In this document: positions 1 through 9,499 of the stretch, one piece after another | How positions within the stretch are numbered: position 1 is the stretch's first letter | Layout of the letters: each line of letters starts with the position of its first letter | NCBI GenBank assembly: GCA_038922795.1 | Contig: JBCKWI010000005.1 | Location: 1 to 54,142, forward strand | Reading direction: 5' to 3' | Origin: Gammaproteobacteria bacterium | Lineage (GTDB): Bacteria; Pseudomonadota; Gammaproteobacteria; Eutrophobiales; Eutrophobiaceae | DNA length: 54,142 nt | Made by a program: the position numbers and the translations under genes | The notes under the pieces: model-generated | Told to the model about the DNA's origin: nothing | What the model saw: only the letters and a program-made list of their open reading frames with translations | Database searches by the model: none

Positions 1-46
1 GATACTAACAAGAGTTGATTAAGGACTGTTAGATGTAACAATATAT

Positions 47-601
47 TCAAGGCTCGGTATCTCCCTTGCAAATAAAAACCGTCGAGCCTTGAGACTGAGA
101 CTGTTCATTGTCAGTATGTAAGTCATTCTTAGACTCAGAAATCATTCTAAGTGATTTCAACTTTGTATCGTTTATTCTTATAAATTCCTGCCTAGATGAA
201 ATTTCCTCATCTGAATGAAAAGACATATATTCTGATGCCATAGATGCTCGAAATGAGCCATTACAAATATTTGCCCATCCGCCTCCTACATAGATAAGGT
301 ACTCACTTTTCATATCTATTTCTAAACCACAATCTCCTCCACCAACACCCGTTTTAACAAGTTCTGTGCTTTCTACAGAGCCCTTGAAAGACTCAATAAC
401 TATGAATTTTAACTCTCCATCGCTAGTTCGACTTTCGGATGCTAACTTTCCTAAAAAAACTTTAGCAGCATGATCATAGTACTCCTCTTCACTACAGAGG
501 TTACAGGAACAGGCATAAGAATTAGAGGAGATGTTCGTTATCGTGAAGCAAAGAATTAATTTTATGGCGAGGTGAAAATAGCTTACCTGTATGTATTTCA
601 T
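47..601 (-). CDS. Secreted TIMP/NTR-like domain protein
   Basis: Signal-like N-terminus, then ACSC, VFLGK, ESFKG, GGGDCG, EYLIY and ICNGS, as in bacterial TIMP-like proteins. Confidence 0.55.
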   Translation of the reverse strand: MKYIQVSYFHLAIKLILCFTITNISSNSYACSCNLCSEEEYYDHAAKVFLGKLASESRTSDGELKFIVIESFKGSVESTELVKTGVGGGDCGLEIDMKSEYLIYVGGGWANICNGSFRASMASEYMSFHSDEEISSRQEFIRINDTKLKSLRMISESKNDLHTDNEQSQSQGSTVFICKGDTEP

Positions 602-921
602 AGAATGGCTGCTTACTTATCTTTTATATTGAGATAAAAATAATTATATATTTGATATTTAGAGAGGTAAAAAACAATTTTTTATATTTTAATAGATTAC
701 AGTGGATATTGTTACCCATATATACTTCCTTATAAAAGGGTAGTCTATATTTGGTAAACTGGAAAGTAGATAGGAGTTGTTAATATCTGTCAATAAGCAG
801 TTCCCATTTACCGTGGAATGGTATAAAAATAATGCCTATCAAGGAAAATCTAACTGATTCCCAAACACATCCCTCATAGATCTTATTACGGTAATCGACA
901 ATGTTGAAGTGGGTTTAGAGC

Positions 922-1326
922 ATGATAACCAGAGAACAGGTAAAAGAATATATTTTCAACAATTGCCCTGGATTTGAAACAGCATGGTCACATGGCGATT
1001 TTGACGATGGCCATTACTTTTTACAATTCAATGACTATGAAGGCCTTGAATCACAGAAGATACTTCTTCACCTAGCATTATATTTCACCTGGTTGTTATT
1101 AAGTGAGCAATATAGACAAGTACAGCAAGTAAGCTCAGTTATCGAAAAGTTATTTCAAGAAGGTACGAAAAAAGTGGCCGAGGATTTAACATTCTACTTC
1201 ATTGAAATACTGTATATGAAAACTAAGGAAACACGGCTTTTAACCGAAAAATTAGAACTACTATTTTCAAAAGAATCTCTAAAATGGTATACGTTTATAA
1301 AGCAGATGCCTTGTTATAATCGTTAA
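922..1326 (+). CDS. Hypothetical protein (helical)
   Basis: 134-aa ORF with ATG start. Confidence 0.6.
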   Translation: MITREQVKEYIFNNCPGFETAWSHGDFDDGHYFLQFNDYEGLESQKILLHLALYFTWLLLSEQYRQVQQVSSVIEKLFQEGTKKVAEDLTFYFIEILYMKTKETRLLTEKLELLFSKESLKWYTFIKQMPCYNR

Positions 1327-1397
1327 CTATATTTTCTTCACAGATTACACAATCTGCTTACAGTTATAAGCGGATATTCGTGATAATGCACCTTTTC

Positions 1398-1931
1398 TCA
1401 ATCTATTTTTGATGCGTTTTCATTAGGTACATGTGGAGCATTTACATCTTTATTCAGAAAATGTTTTGTCGTGAAATATTCAATTAATTGACTGCCCATG
1501 TCTCCTGCATATTCACCATTCCGTATTTTAATGTAGTAACATCCACCAAATTTTCTACCTTCTTCAATTTCATCTGTTTCGTACATATTATCAATATGAG
1601 GGAGTATATATTCACACAAACTGTTCCAAGAACAATTTACTAAATGGCTGACAAGATAGAGGGCAAATAAGGTATGATTATTATTAGGATACATCATATA
1701 TTCAGCATCCTTCTTAGAGCGTTGAGCAGATATTACTGCCGCTTCTAAGAAGCCTAGCGTAAAAGGATCCAATATGATTTCCGGTTTTATTTGGAATTTA
1801 AGCACAGGAATATTCTCTAAATAATGCTTTCCAAATAATATTTGAACATCCGGAACCATTTTCCTTATTTGCTTACATATTCTCCACCACTTAATGGGAT
1901 GTAATATAATAAACCAATTTAAATGTAGCAT
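1398..1931 (-). CDS. Hypothetical protein
   Basis: 177-aa ORF in AT-rich DNA. Confidence 0.55.
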   Translation of the reverse strand: MLHLNWFIILHPIKWWRICKQIRKMVPDVQILFGKHYLENIPVLKFQIKPEIILDPFTLGFLEAAVISAQRSKKDAEYMMYPNNNHTLFALYLVSHLVNCSWNSLCEYILPHIDNMYETDEIEEGRKFGGCYYIKIRNGEYAGDMGSQLIEYFTTKHFLNKDVNAPHVPNENASKID

Positions 1932-2142
1932 CTAACTCACACGATTATTGATTAACTCATTCTATATAATAGCTCTAACTTCTTCTAAATAAAGTAGTAT
2001 TGTTACTTATGTGACTAATAAAAACACTTCTATCTGGATATTACGAACGTCTGCTTTGTATATGGACTCCTCCTGTTAAACAAGCAATTCCCGTTTTAAA
2101 TATAAGCCGCGTACGTATATTCGGTTATCGACCCTTACCGCT

Positions 2143-2303
2143 AAATTGATCGAGATACCATGGGAAAGTGTGACCCGGATGGCGGATTTTTCCATGCGGT
2201 CTATGTGCCAAACAACCAGTTTGCCTTGAGCTTCCTCATCCCGGATCAGTCCTGGATTCCCAATGACCTGAGACAAATACTCATGGACCATATCGACGAC
2301 TGA
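2143..2303 (+). pseudogene. 5'-truncated, frameshifted paralogue of ORF 2426-2791
   Basis: KLIEIPWESVTR/DGGFFHAVYVPNNQFALSFLIPDQSWIPNDLRQILMDHIDD* aligns with LLDVQWEGVMHRDGHYIGIFLADNEKGFVFVIPDEDWLTNDLREILEEHLDP; 1-nt shift near 2177. Confidence 0.75.
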
Positions 2304-2371
2304 GCCTTGCGCAAATATCAGTATCTTATATGAAATAAATTTTTCTCTTCATCCATTCAATTCTAAAAACA

Positions 2372-2407
2372 GCCTGCTGGTCTTCGGATCAGTGGGTTTT
2401 TCTTTTG
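2372..2407 (+). terminator. Intrinsic terminator-like hairpin just upstream of ORF 2426
   Basis: CCTGCTGGTC-TTCG-GATCAGTGGG followed by a T-rich tract. Confidence 0.6.
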
Positions 2408-2425
2408 CCATAACGGGAGAAATTC

Positions 2426-2791
2426 ATGCTCACTTTTAAATCAAGAAATGATCTATCGAAGCTCGATCCAAGTGATCCTGCCTATCCCATCATAGAGGAA
2501 TTCGTTCAACGTCTCTGTGTTGATATACCCAATGAAGGCTATCTTTATATCCCTGAAGACCATGGCTGGATTAACCTGGTTTGTCCAAATGACATGGACC
2601 GAGTCATCACGGAAATATGGAAAGACTGGACCTTACTGGATGTTCAATGGGAAGGCGTTATGCACAGGGACGGTCACTACATCGGCATCTTTCTAGCTGA
2701 TAATGAAAAGGGCTTTGTCTTCGTCATACCCGATGAAGATTGGCTCACCAATGACCTTAGAGAAATTCTGGAGGAACATCTCGATCCATAA
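2426..2791 (+). CDS. Hypothetical acidic protein (island)
   Basis: RBS GGGAGA, 121 aa; paralogue remnant upstream. Confidence 0.75.
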   Translation: MLTFKSRNDLSKLDPSDPAYPIIEEFVQRLCVDIPNEGYLYIPEDHGWINLVCPNDMDRVITEIWKDWTLLDVQWEGVMHRDGHYIGIFLADNEKGFVFVIPDEDWLTNDLREILEEHLDP

Positions 2792-2860
2792 ACACCCCTC
2801 CCCTCTCTTTTCTTTCTATTCATTCAAAACAAAACTTTCAAATCCATAGGAGAAATACTA

Positions 2861-3370
2861 ATGAAGAAACCTTCATCAGACAACATTCGTGTTCTTAAAA
2901 CAGATACCTGTCACTCCCTCACTGGTAAATCCAAAATCACTTACCAAATCGGCTGTACTCCAGACAATAAGATCCTTTTCCGTATTTGTGGCAACACAGG
3001 CGGTGGATTCTTCAGTGGTAAAGAATGGATCCCTTTCTCAGCCATTCAGCAAATCCTCAAAAAAGTCCCAAAGGATTCACCTGTCACATCCATTCATCTT
3101 TACCCTTTGTTCAAAGGTAAATCAGTTAATACGCCCTCCTTTCTTATGGCGGCACTCGTTTCAGAAGCATTAACGGAACCTTTACCTGACAAGAAGAGAT
3201 CTCACAAACTGACAGACCCAAAGCCGTTTCTTGAAGAAATGAAAGGCATGATGTCTTCCAAGGTTGCTCAGAACGTGGCCAAGGAACACGCTGCAGTCAA
3301 GAAAGCAGTATCAAAGAAAGTCTCTAAGAAAACCTCATCCCGCAACAAGAAAACAGTCACCAAGAAATAA
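2861..3370 (+). CDS. Hypothetical protein with Lys-rich C-terminal tail (possibly DNA-binding)
   Basis: RBS AGGAG; tail KKAVSKKVSKKTSSRNKKTVTKK. Confidence 0.75.
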   Translation: MKKPSSDNIRVLKTDTCHSLTGKSKITYQIGCTPDNKILFRICGNTGGGFFSGKEWIPFSAIQQILKKVPKDSPVTSIHLYPLFKGKSVNTPSFLMAALVSEALTEPLPDKKRSHKLTDPKPFLEEMKGMMSSKVAQNVAKEHAAVKKAVSKKVSKKTSSRNKKTVTKK

Positions 3371-3540
3371 ACCCTGTAACAGGGACTTATTTTCACTTCC
3401 ACATTTTCACAAGTTCTCAGTAACTCGGTCATTTAGATCAAGTTTGCTTAGTTCTCTATGTTCCCTGCTTCAATTCTGAAGCTATACCGATGATCACAAA
3501 CCTGATCATTTTCAATTACTTACTTTAAATCACACAAAAC

Positions 3541-3705
3541 ATGGCAACCCTAATACTCATCTTTTTATTCATTTGTTCTTTGTTTTTAAACACGCCCAGG
3601 ATGATTGCCTTAGTTGTCGGCATTGCACTTTGCTACATGTATCCCTATTACATGGTTGCTGCACTGATTCTCTACGCAATCGTCATTTTCCTTTTCAACC
3701 GTTAA
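3541..3705 (+). CDS. Small hydrophobic membrane protein (54 aa; absent from ORF track)
   Basis: MATLILIFLFICSLFLNTPRMIALVVGIALCYMYPYYMVAALILYAIVIFLFNR*; weak RBS. Confidence 0.55.
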   Translation: MATLILIFLFICSLFLNTPRMIALVVGIALCYMYPYYMVAALILYAIVIFLFNR

Positions 3706-3720
3706 TTACAGGAGAAAACC

Positions 3721-3867
3721 ATGCTATACGAAGACTGCTTACCCGAAGCAATTCAGACCGTACTTTCTCAAGAACCATCTGTAGAAGTGATTCATCAGGT
3801 TATTGAAGCTCATGCTAAATTCGTGTCAGGCATGATGAATGAGGAATCACCGGACGACTCTTGGTAG
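3721..3867 (+). CDS. Small acidic protein (48 aa; absent from ORF track)
   Basis: Strong RBS ACAGGAG; MLYEDCLPEAIQTVLSQEPSVEVIHQVIEAHAKFVSGMMNEESPDDSW*. Confidence 0.65.
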   Translation: MLYEDCLPEAIQTVLSQEPSVEVIHQVIEAHAKFVSGMMNEESPDDSW

Positions 3868-3884
3868 TGATGCCTTAATATTGT

Positions 3885-3912
3885 CTGGGTTAGCCTTAGG
3901 GCTAGCTCAGAT
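3885..3912. terminator. Stem-loop, possible terminator
   Basis: TCTGGGTTAGCC-TTAG-GGCTAGCTCAGA after the small ORFs. Confidence 0.45.
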
Positions 3913-3983
3913 AATTATTACTGGCAAAATGACGCGTTGCATTTCAAAATGACACTTATCACTAATCACAGGAAATTACATTT

Positions 3984-4661
3984 ATGGAAACTATAAACAA
4001 AGCTTTCTTTGATTATGAAACTATAACAGGCATGTTAGGTGCGATGGGAACTAACCTGAGACGCGCCATCATTCTCTTGGCTTTTATTGGTCTTATTGCT
4101 CTCAACATTGCAACTTTAGTTAGCTCAGTAGTTTATGATTTATTATATAAAGGACTTTCAAGCATGCCCATTGCTGCTATGTCCGATTTATTGGCAAATA
4201 GTCCTACAGAGAAAAACAAACGCAAAACAGCCAAACTGGAAAAAAAGCACGCTGATATTAAAGAAAAGGTGGAAATGAAATCAAGCAGTATCAAGAAAAG
4301 AACGGTTAAAATTACTGTGCTAAATGTTTCTTCAGTTGCGGCAGAAGCTATACCTTATATTGGTATTGGTGTCATCCTGGCAGTCACCGCTCTTGAAGTA
4401 AAAGCCGCCTGCGACAATATGAAGGACATGGATGAATTGGTCCAGTCTCTGGAAATCGAACCAAACCAGGAAGAGACATCCACAGTATGTGGTCTAAAGC
4501 TCCCATCAATTGAAGACTTGAAGCCTAATCTTTCATTTGATTTTGATAAATATAAAAGCAAACTTGATGAGTTATACGATGATGTAAAAGAAAAATCAGC
4601 TGAAAATTGGAGCGTTTTCAAAGATAAGGTCAATGAAGCCCATACACAATTGACTAACTAA
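3984..4661 (+). CDS. Membrane protein, two hydrophobic segments
   Basis: Hydrophobic stretches AIILLAFIGLIALNIATLV and AIPYIGIGVILAVTAL; stop lies 2 nt before the polymerase-like ATG. Confidence 0.75.
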   Translation: METINKAFFDYETITGMLGAMGTNLRRAIILLAFIGLIALNIATLVSSVVYDLLYKGLSSMPIAAMSDLLANSPTEKNKRKTAKLEKKHADIKEKVEMKSSSIKKRTVKITVLNVSSVAAEAIPYIGIGVILAVTALEVKAACDNMKDMDELVQSLEIEPNQEETSTVCGLKLPSIEDLKPNLSFDFDKYKSKLDELYDDVKEKSAENWSVFKDKVNEAHTQLTN

Positions 4662-4663
4662 TC

Positions 4664-6226
4664 ATGCAGGATATAGACGACATCCCAAGCCGCCCCTTTG
4701 GTGGTTTTGATTGGTCTGAGCATCCTGAAGTGACATCACTGATAGGCCATCTCATTGAAGGGTACATTGACTGGCTCAAAGGAAGTAATACGAACAAACG
4801 CATTAGAGACAAAGACAAGGTAAGACAACACCTGACTCATTTCGTGCTGGAAGCTTACCGTAACTACATGGCCTTACCTGAACTCTGCATGGGTGTCCAT
4901 TTAGGCAAGCACTATTACCAGGATATTGCCTGTAGACGTTACCATCCTAACCACCTCACCTACAGTCGCGTTATCAATGTCACGGACTTCCTGGTTGACA
5001 TGGATTATCTGGAAATGCCCTTTGGAAAGAGTGGCTGGAAAGCGAAACCAAGTGAACGGCGGACCACACGCTACCGGGCCACAGACAAGCTGATTTCTCT
5101 TTGTAAGGAATATGGGATTAACCGCTTCATGATTATCCCCTACCCCTATACAGAGCCTGAAATCATTATCCTGAAAGACAAGAAGGCTAAAAAGCAGTCT
5201 TCCGGGAAGGTAATGGATTACACGGATACACCCTTTACCCTGCAAGCCCGCAAGACTCTGAAGAAGATAAATACCTTCATAGGCAAACACTGTCTCAACC
5301 TGGATATCACCGATAAGCAACATCATGAACTGCAATCACGTCTACGCCACCATAATGACCCTGGTAGTGAAGCCTGTATGGACCTGACCCGTGTCCATCT
5401 AAGACGTATTTTCAATAACGGCTCTTTTGAAGAAGGGGGACGTTTCTATGGGGCATGGTGGCAACAGATCCCCTCTGATTACCGTATATTTATTACTATC
5501 AATAATAAAAAGACCTCACAACTCGATTATTCCGGTATGCATTTCTCGATTATGTATGCACAAAAGGGACTGGAATTACCCATGGAAGACCCTTATGCCT
5601 TAGAAGGGTATGACAAGGCATTACGGAGTGATATCAAGGTCGCCTTCAATGCCATCATTAACTGTCAGACTAAAAGACAAGCCATAGAGACCGTTAATCA
5701 CTACATCCAAAAAGGAGAACTCTCATCAGACCTCATTAGTGGCAAGAAAGTTATAGAGGAATTCATCAAACTACATCCGGCCATCAAAGACATGATAGCC
5801 AGTGGGGAAGGTGTCAAGGTTCACTTTATAGATTCCCAGATAGCAGAGAAGATATTGCTTAAAGGTATAGATGCCGGTATCTGTGTTCTCCCGATACATG
5901 ACGGCTTTATCTCTACTGCTTCAACAATACACATCCTCAAATGTTGGATGTTTGATGCATTTCATGAGGTGACAGGACAACCTGCTACAGTGAGACCAGA
6001 AACCTTTAACCTGTCTATTATTGAAGACGTTGGACAACATTCCCCTTACTGGGTAACTCATCCTGATGGTACGACTACATGTAACGGGCCTTTAGAAGGG
6101 AAAGCAACTGCTTACTCTACTGTGCATAATAAAGTGGCTCTGTGGAAAGGACTGACCGAGGACACCATTCATAAGACCATCAGGGATACTGTCTATAGCG
6201 AGTGGAAAGTAGTACATCATCCTTAA
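4664..6226 (+). CDS. Family-A DNA polymerase/T7-RNAP-like palm protein (TV-Pol-like); no exonuclease domain recognised
   Basis: GGRFY...WQ, motif A-like QLDYSGMH, motif B-like RSDIKVAFN, motif C-like LPIHDGFI. Confidence 0.7.
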   Translation: MQDIDDIPSRPFGGFDWSEHPEVTSLIGHLIEGYIDWLKGSNTNKRIRDKDKVRQHLTHFVLEAYRNYMALPELCMGVHLGKHYYQDIACRRYHPNHLTYSRVINVTDFLVDMDYLEMPFGKSGWKAKPSERRTTRYRATDKLISLCKEYGINRFMIIPYPYTEPEIIILKDKKAKKQSSGKVMDYTDTPFTLQARKTLKKINTFIGKHCLNLDITDKQHHELQSRLRHHNDPGSEACMDLTRVHLRRIFNNGSFEEGGRFYGAWWQQIPSDYRIFITINNKKTSQLDYSGMHFSIMYAQKGLELPMEDPYALEGYDKALRSDIKVAFNAIINCQTKRQAIETVNHYIQKGELSSDLISGKKVIEEFIKLHPAIKDMIASGEGVKVHFIDSQIAEKILLKGIDAGICVLPIHDGFISTASTIHILKCWMFDAFHEVTGQPATVRPETFNLSIIEDVGQHSPYWVTHPDGTTTCNGPLEGKATAYSTVHNKVALWKGLTEDTIHKTIRDTVYSEWKVVHHP

Positions 6227-6660
6227 TCCAGGTTAGCAGCCTTATTTTTTTAGTTACAACAACTGCAAGAATAATTTTTTCCACTAACTGTGCCCTTATA
6301 TGGCCCCTTCATTACTGGGGCAGTTATGCGCCGCGCGGCTAAGTCGATGAAACTCATCGGGCTTTTTTAGTTATTGCCCCTTTTTTCTATACCACCTTCA
6401 TTTTGGGTGACTTGCGTAGGAAATATTTCACACCAAAGTACAGTGCCTTTCCTTAATAGAAAATTTTCCCATTAACACCGCGTTAATATTTTTAATCGAA
6501 TGGAAACCTATTGGATAGGTAATTATTTTCTATCCTTCTCCGGGGCCCATGAATAGGATCCAAGCCCGTTATATTAACCCGAAAGCCCTGTTTATAACGA
6601 ATAGGAAAATTTGCTTCGGTTACATGTTATTTAATTAAACAATTATTGTGGAGCATTTAT

Positions 6661-6930
6661 ATGAAGAAAAATAAAGATAACGATGAAGACGTACAGTTAG
6701 AGAAGCTTAAGAAAGTAGCACTTATGCTGATCACTGAACAAGTAAAGGAGTTAAAGCCTGATATTGCTTACATAACGGAATACCTACTACGGCGTATCTG
6801 GAAAGACCTTTCAGAAAAGGAGCGCGGTCTTGCTGATACGGCTGTAGGCGTCTTGGCTAAGACAAACCAAATACCGCTTGTTTGTTTCTATATAACTAGT
6901 ACAGATCTGAGTCTATTTACACTTAAATAA
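6661..6930 (+). CDS. DUF1413-like small protein (copy 1)
   Basis: RBS GGAG before ATG 6661; aligns with 7213-7530 (IW..L, TNQ, TS). Confidence 0.55.
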   Translation: MKKNKDNDEDVQLEKLKKVALMLITEQVKELKPDIAYITEYLLRRIWKDLSEKERGLADTAVGVLAKTNQIPLVCFYITSTDLSLFTLK

Positions 6931-6949
6931 TTTAGCCATAACAACTCAT

Positions 6950-7007
6950 GGCCATGTGAAGTCTCTTTTGCATGGCCTTTTTTTATGTCCAATTTTATTG
7001 CATACAG
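6950..7007 (+). terminator. Intrinsic terminator plus conserved tail (copy 1)
   Basis: GGCCATGTGAA...TTTGCATGGCC-T7; near copy at 7539-7595. Confidence 0.8.
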
Positions 7008-7212
7008 AAAGATCACAAATAAAAAATAATAGAAAAATTTTCTGCTTGATTTTTTATAAACCGCGCCCATACTCAACGAAGAAATTTGTTACTGTATTAA
7101 TATAGATCGTTCATTAAGGCAAGCGCCAACCAGCTTTTTATAAGCTGTTCAAATAGCATATCAATAACTGATTTCTCCAAAATATTTTATCAACCAATTT
7201 ATTGGAGAATAC

Positions 7213-7530
7213 ATGAAAACTGTTTCAAGCAATGTTATCCACTTAAATAACCAAAGTGATGAATTAAGTTTAATACCTATCAACCAAGCTTATGAAAATG
7301 ATCCGCTAACAAAGAAACTTCTTAGATTAGCGCCCAAATACATAGAGCGACTTTCCTATAATGTAGAGTTTGAAGCTAAAACTATATTGCATGAAATATG
7401 GTGGAAGCTACCAAGAACAATAGCAGGCAGACGATTCAAATATTTGGTTTTGACTAATCAGCTTCTGCTTATATACAGGGGTGATACCTCTTCACATCAT
7501 GCATTGTATATTCGCAAATCAACTTATTAA
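7213..7530 (+). CDS. DUF1413-like small protein (copy 2)
   Basis: RBS GGAG; W..L....AGRRFKYLV...GDTSSHHALY pattern. Confidence 0.6.
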   Translation: MKTVSSNVIHLNNQSDELSLIPINQAYENDPLTKKLLRLAPKYIERLSYNVEFEAKTILHEIWWKLPRTIAGRRFKYLVLTNQLLLIYRGDTSSHHALYIRKSTY

Positions 7531-7538
7531 GTTCATTA

Positions 7539-7595
7539 GGCCATGTGAAATTTCTTTTACATGGCCTTTTTTATTTCCAATTTCATTACATACAG
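7539..7595 (+). terminator. Intrinsic terminator plus tail leading into the integrase RBS (copy 2)
   Basis: GGCCATGTGAA...TTTACATGGCC-T6, then CAGGAGG and ATG 7606. Confidence 0.8.
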
Positions 7596-7605
7596 GAGGT
7601 AATCC

Positions 7606-8795
7606 ATGACCGAAAAACCAAAACTCACCAATGAAAATATCCATACCTTTAAGCACCCACCAGAAGGAAAACGAAAAAGTGAAATTCCAGATACACTCAT
7701 CACTGGGCTCTACCTAGAGCTTAGAATGTCAGGCAAATCTACCTACTGGTTCCGCTACACCAACCCCACCACTCGCCGCCTCTCGCACATCAAAGTCGGC
7801 CCCGGTAACGCACTCACGCTCGGGCAGGCCCCGAAAGCAAGGCCCGCGCACTGCGTGCCACCCTGGCCCTCGGTGGTAACCCAAAGGCGGATTTAGAGGC
7901 CCAGCGGGATGCTCCCCTCTTCACGGTATTTATGGAAGACACCTACTTAGCGTGGACAGAGGAAACGACCAAGGAATCTTCAAGCTGTAAGAAGGAACAG
8001 CACTATCGATTGCACCTCAAGGATGAGTTCAAGGATAGACGCCTCAATCAAATCACCAAGGCCGATGTCAAAAAGCTACAGTCCAAGTTACATGCTAAAG
8101 AGCTGAGTAGTGCATCAATTAATCGCGTCATAACTACTCTGCGTCATGCGATGGGACATGCTTATGATCTGGAGCTGATTGAGAAAAATCCATGTCGGTG
8201 CATCAAGATGTATCCGGAAAATAATCAAATGGAATACTACCTGCAAGGAGATGACTTGAAGAACCTGCTCAAAGTATTGAAAACAGATAAGAACAAAATG
8301 ATTTGTTCAATCGTACTTTTCTTGTTGAGTACTGGCGCACGTCTAAATGAAGCATTGAAAGCGAAATGGTCTGAATGTGATACTCAGAATCGTGTTTGGA
8401 AAATACCCGCTCAAAATGCGAAATCAGGGAAGGTACGTTCAGTTCCATTGAATGATACAGCCATCAGTGTATTGGATAGTGTCGATACAAAAGGCGAATA
8501 TGACTATATATTCATCAATCGAAAGACAAATAATCCATACACCAATATCACGCGTTCATGGCACCGCATCAGGAAGGCGGCTGGACTACCTTTCTTGAGG
8601 CTTCATGATTTGCGTCATTCATTTGCTTCATTCTTGGTTAATTCAGGCAGGACTCTGTATGAAGTGCAACAGACACTTGGCCATAGCAATCAGGTGACCA
8701 CGCAACGGTATGCGCATCTGAGCACCAAGACGTTACAGGATGCAAGTAATACTGCTTCGGACTTTATCAATGAAGCGATGAGAGAAGCATCGTAG
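7606..8795 (+). CDS. Tyrosine integrase (arm-binding + catalytic domains), frame break near 7830
   Basis: Arm-binding pattern (D..ITGLYL.....GKSTY.FRY) in 7606-7896; the -1 frame continues KARALRATLALGGNPKAD into 7932-8795 with TGARLNE, HDLRH, LGHS and TTQRY. Confidence 0.85.
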
Positions 8796-8835
8796 GTAAC
8801 AATCTAAATGACAGGAAAAGGATTTCCTGTTGTCT

Positions 8836-9303
8836 TTATTTTTCTTTTTTTTCCTCATGTATCCAAGCATCGTGTTCTTGACACAAATCGAAGATGATCA
8901 TTAATTGCTCTAATTCAATTGCAGCTTTACTTAAAGTCCTCGCAGGTTTTGTCATGCCCTCACCATCAGTTAAACTTTTTAATAATGCATCATCTGCCAA
9001 TAGATCATGTGCTATGTAGTTTCTAAATACGACTACACTATCCAGGAAGGTAGTAAAATCTTCTCTAATCTTATTCTTCTTTAACTCCTTTGCAACTATT
9101 CCAAGAGTCCATTTTTCTATTGCTTCACCATCATATCCTAATTTTCTAACCAGTAGTCCTTTTAGGCCAATCTCCAATATCTGTGTCTTTCCCATAAACA
9201 TTGCATACTGTTCTAAAAAACTTAAATGATCTTGTTTAGAAAGCCTTTCAAAAGCAAGCTCGGCTACATTAATTCCTTCTTCTGTATCTTTTTTAATTAT
9301 CAT
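8836..9303 (-). CDS. HEPN-like protein
   Basis: RX4H motif (RNYIAH); upstream Q.LE and TLG elements typical of HEPN families. Confidence 0.55.
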   Translation of the reverse strand: MIIKKDTEEGINVAELAFERLSKQDHLSFLEQYAMFMGKTQILEIGLKGLLVRKLGYDGEAIEKWTLGIVAKELKKNKIREDFTTFLDSVVVFRNYIAHDLLADDALLKSLTDGEGMTKPARTLSKAAIELEQLMIIFDLCQEHDAWIHEEKKEK

Positions 9304-9414
9304 TTGTTTTACACGATATTTTTTATCTCAATTTAGAAGAAGCTATTGCTTATATTCAGTCACTTGGCTTTGATGAGAGTGACGAAATAATTATATAAAT
9401 CAATACTGAAAGAA

Positions 9415-9490
9415 TGGTGGCCAGGGGCGGAATCGAACCACCGACACAGGGATTTTCAGTCCCCTGCTCTACCAACTGAGCTACCTAGCC
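9415..9490 (-). tRNA. tRNA-Phe(GAA)
   Basis: Reverse complement GGCTAGGTAGCTCAGTTGGTAGAGCAGGGGACTGAAAATCCCTGTGTCGGTGGTTCGATTCCGCCCCTGGCCACCA. Confidence 0.98.
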
Positions 9491-9499
9491 ATATTTAAA

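Larger units (their letters stand above)
1..9414. mobile_element. Integrative element/genomic island at the tRNA-Phe 3' end (left boundary outside window)
   Basis: Tyrosine integrase near the tRNA 3' end; visibly more AT-rich than the core; mostly hypothetical genes. No second att copy seen in the window. Confidence 0.8.

Noticed and set aside
1-46. Integron attC after ORF 47-601 (ATCTAAC...GTTAG)
   Set aside because: Only ~30 bp between the boxes, cut by the window edge, and the integrase is not IntI-like.
2076-2291. 71-aa minus-strand ORF
   Set aside because: The plus strand encodes a clear paralogue remnant of 2426-2791.
4664-6226. Reverse transcriptase/retron
   Set aside because: No YxDD motif; motifs fit the family-A palm.
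1-9414. Prophage or filamentous phage
   Set aside because: No capsid, terminase, Zot-like ATPase or tail genes in the visible part; called only an integrative element.
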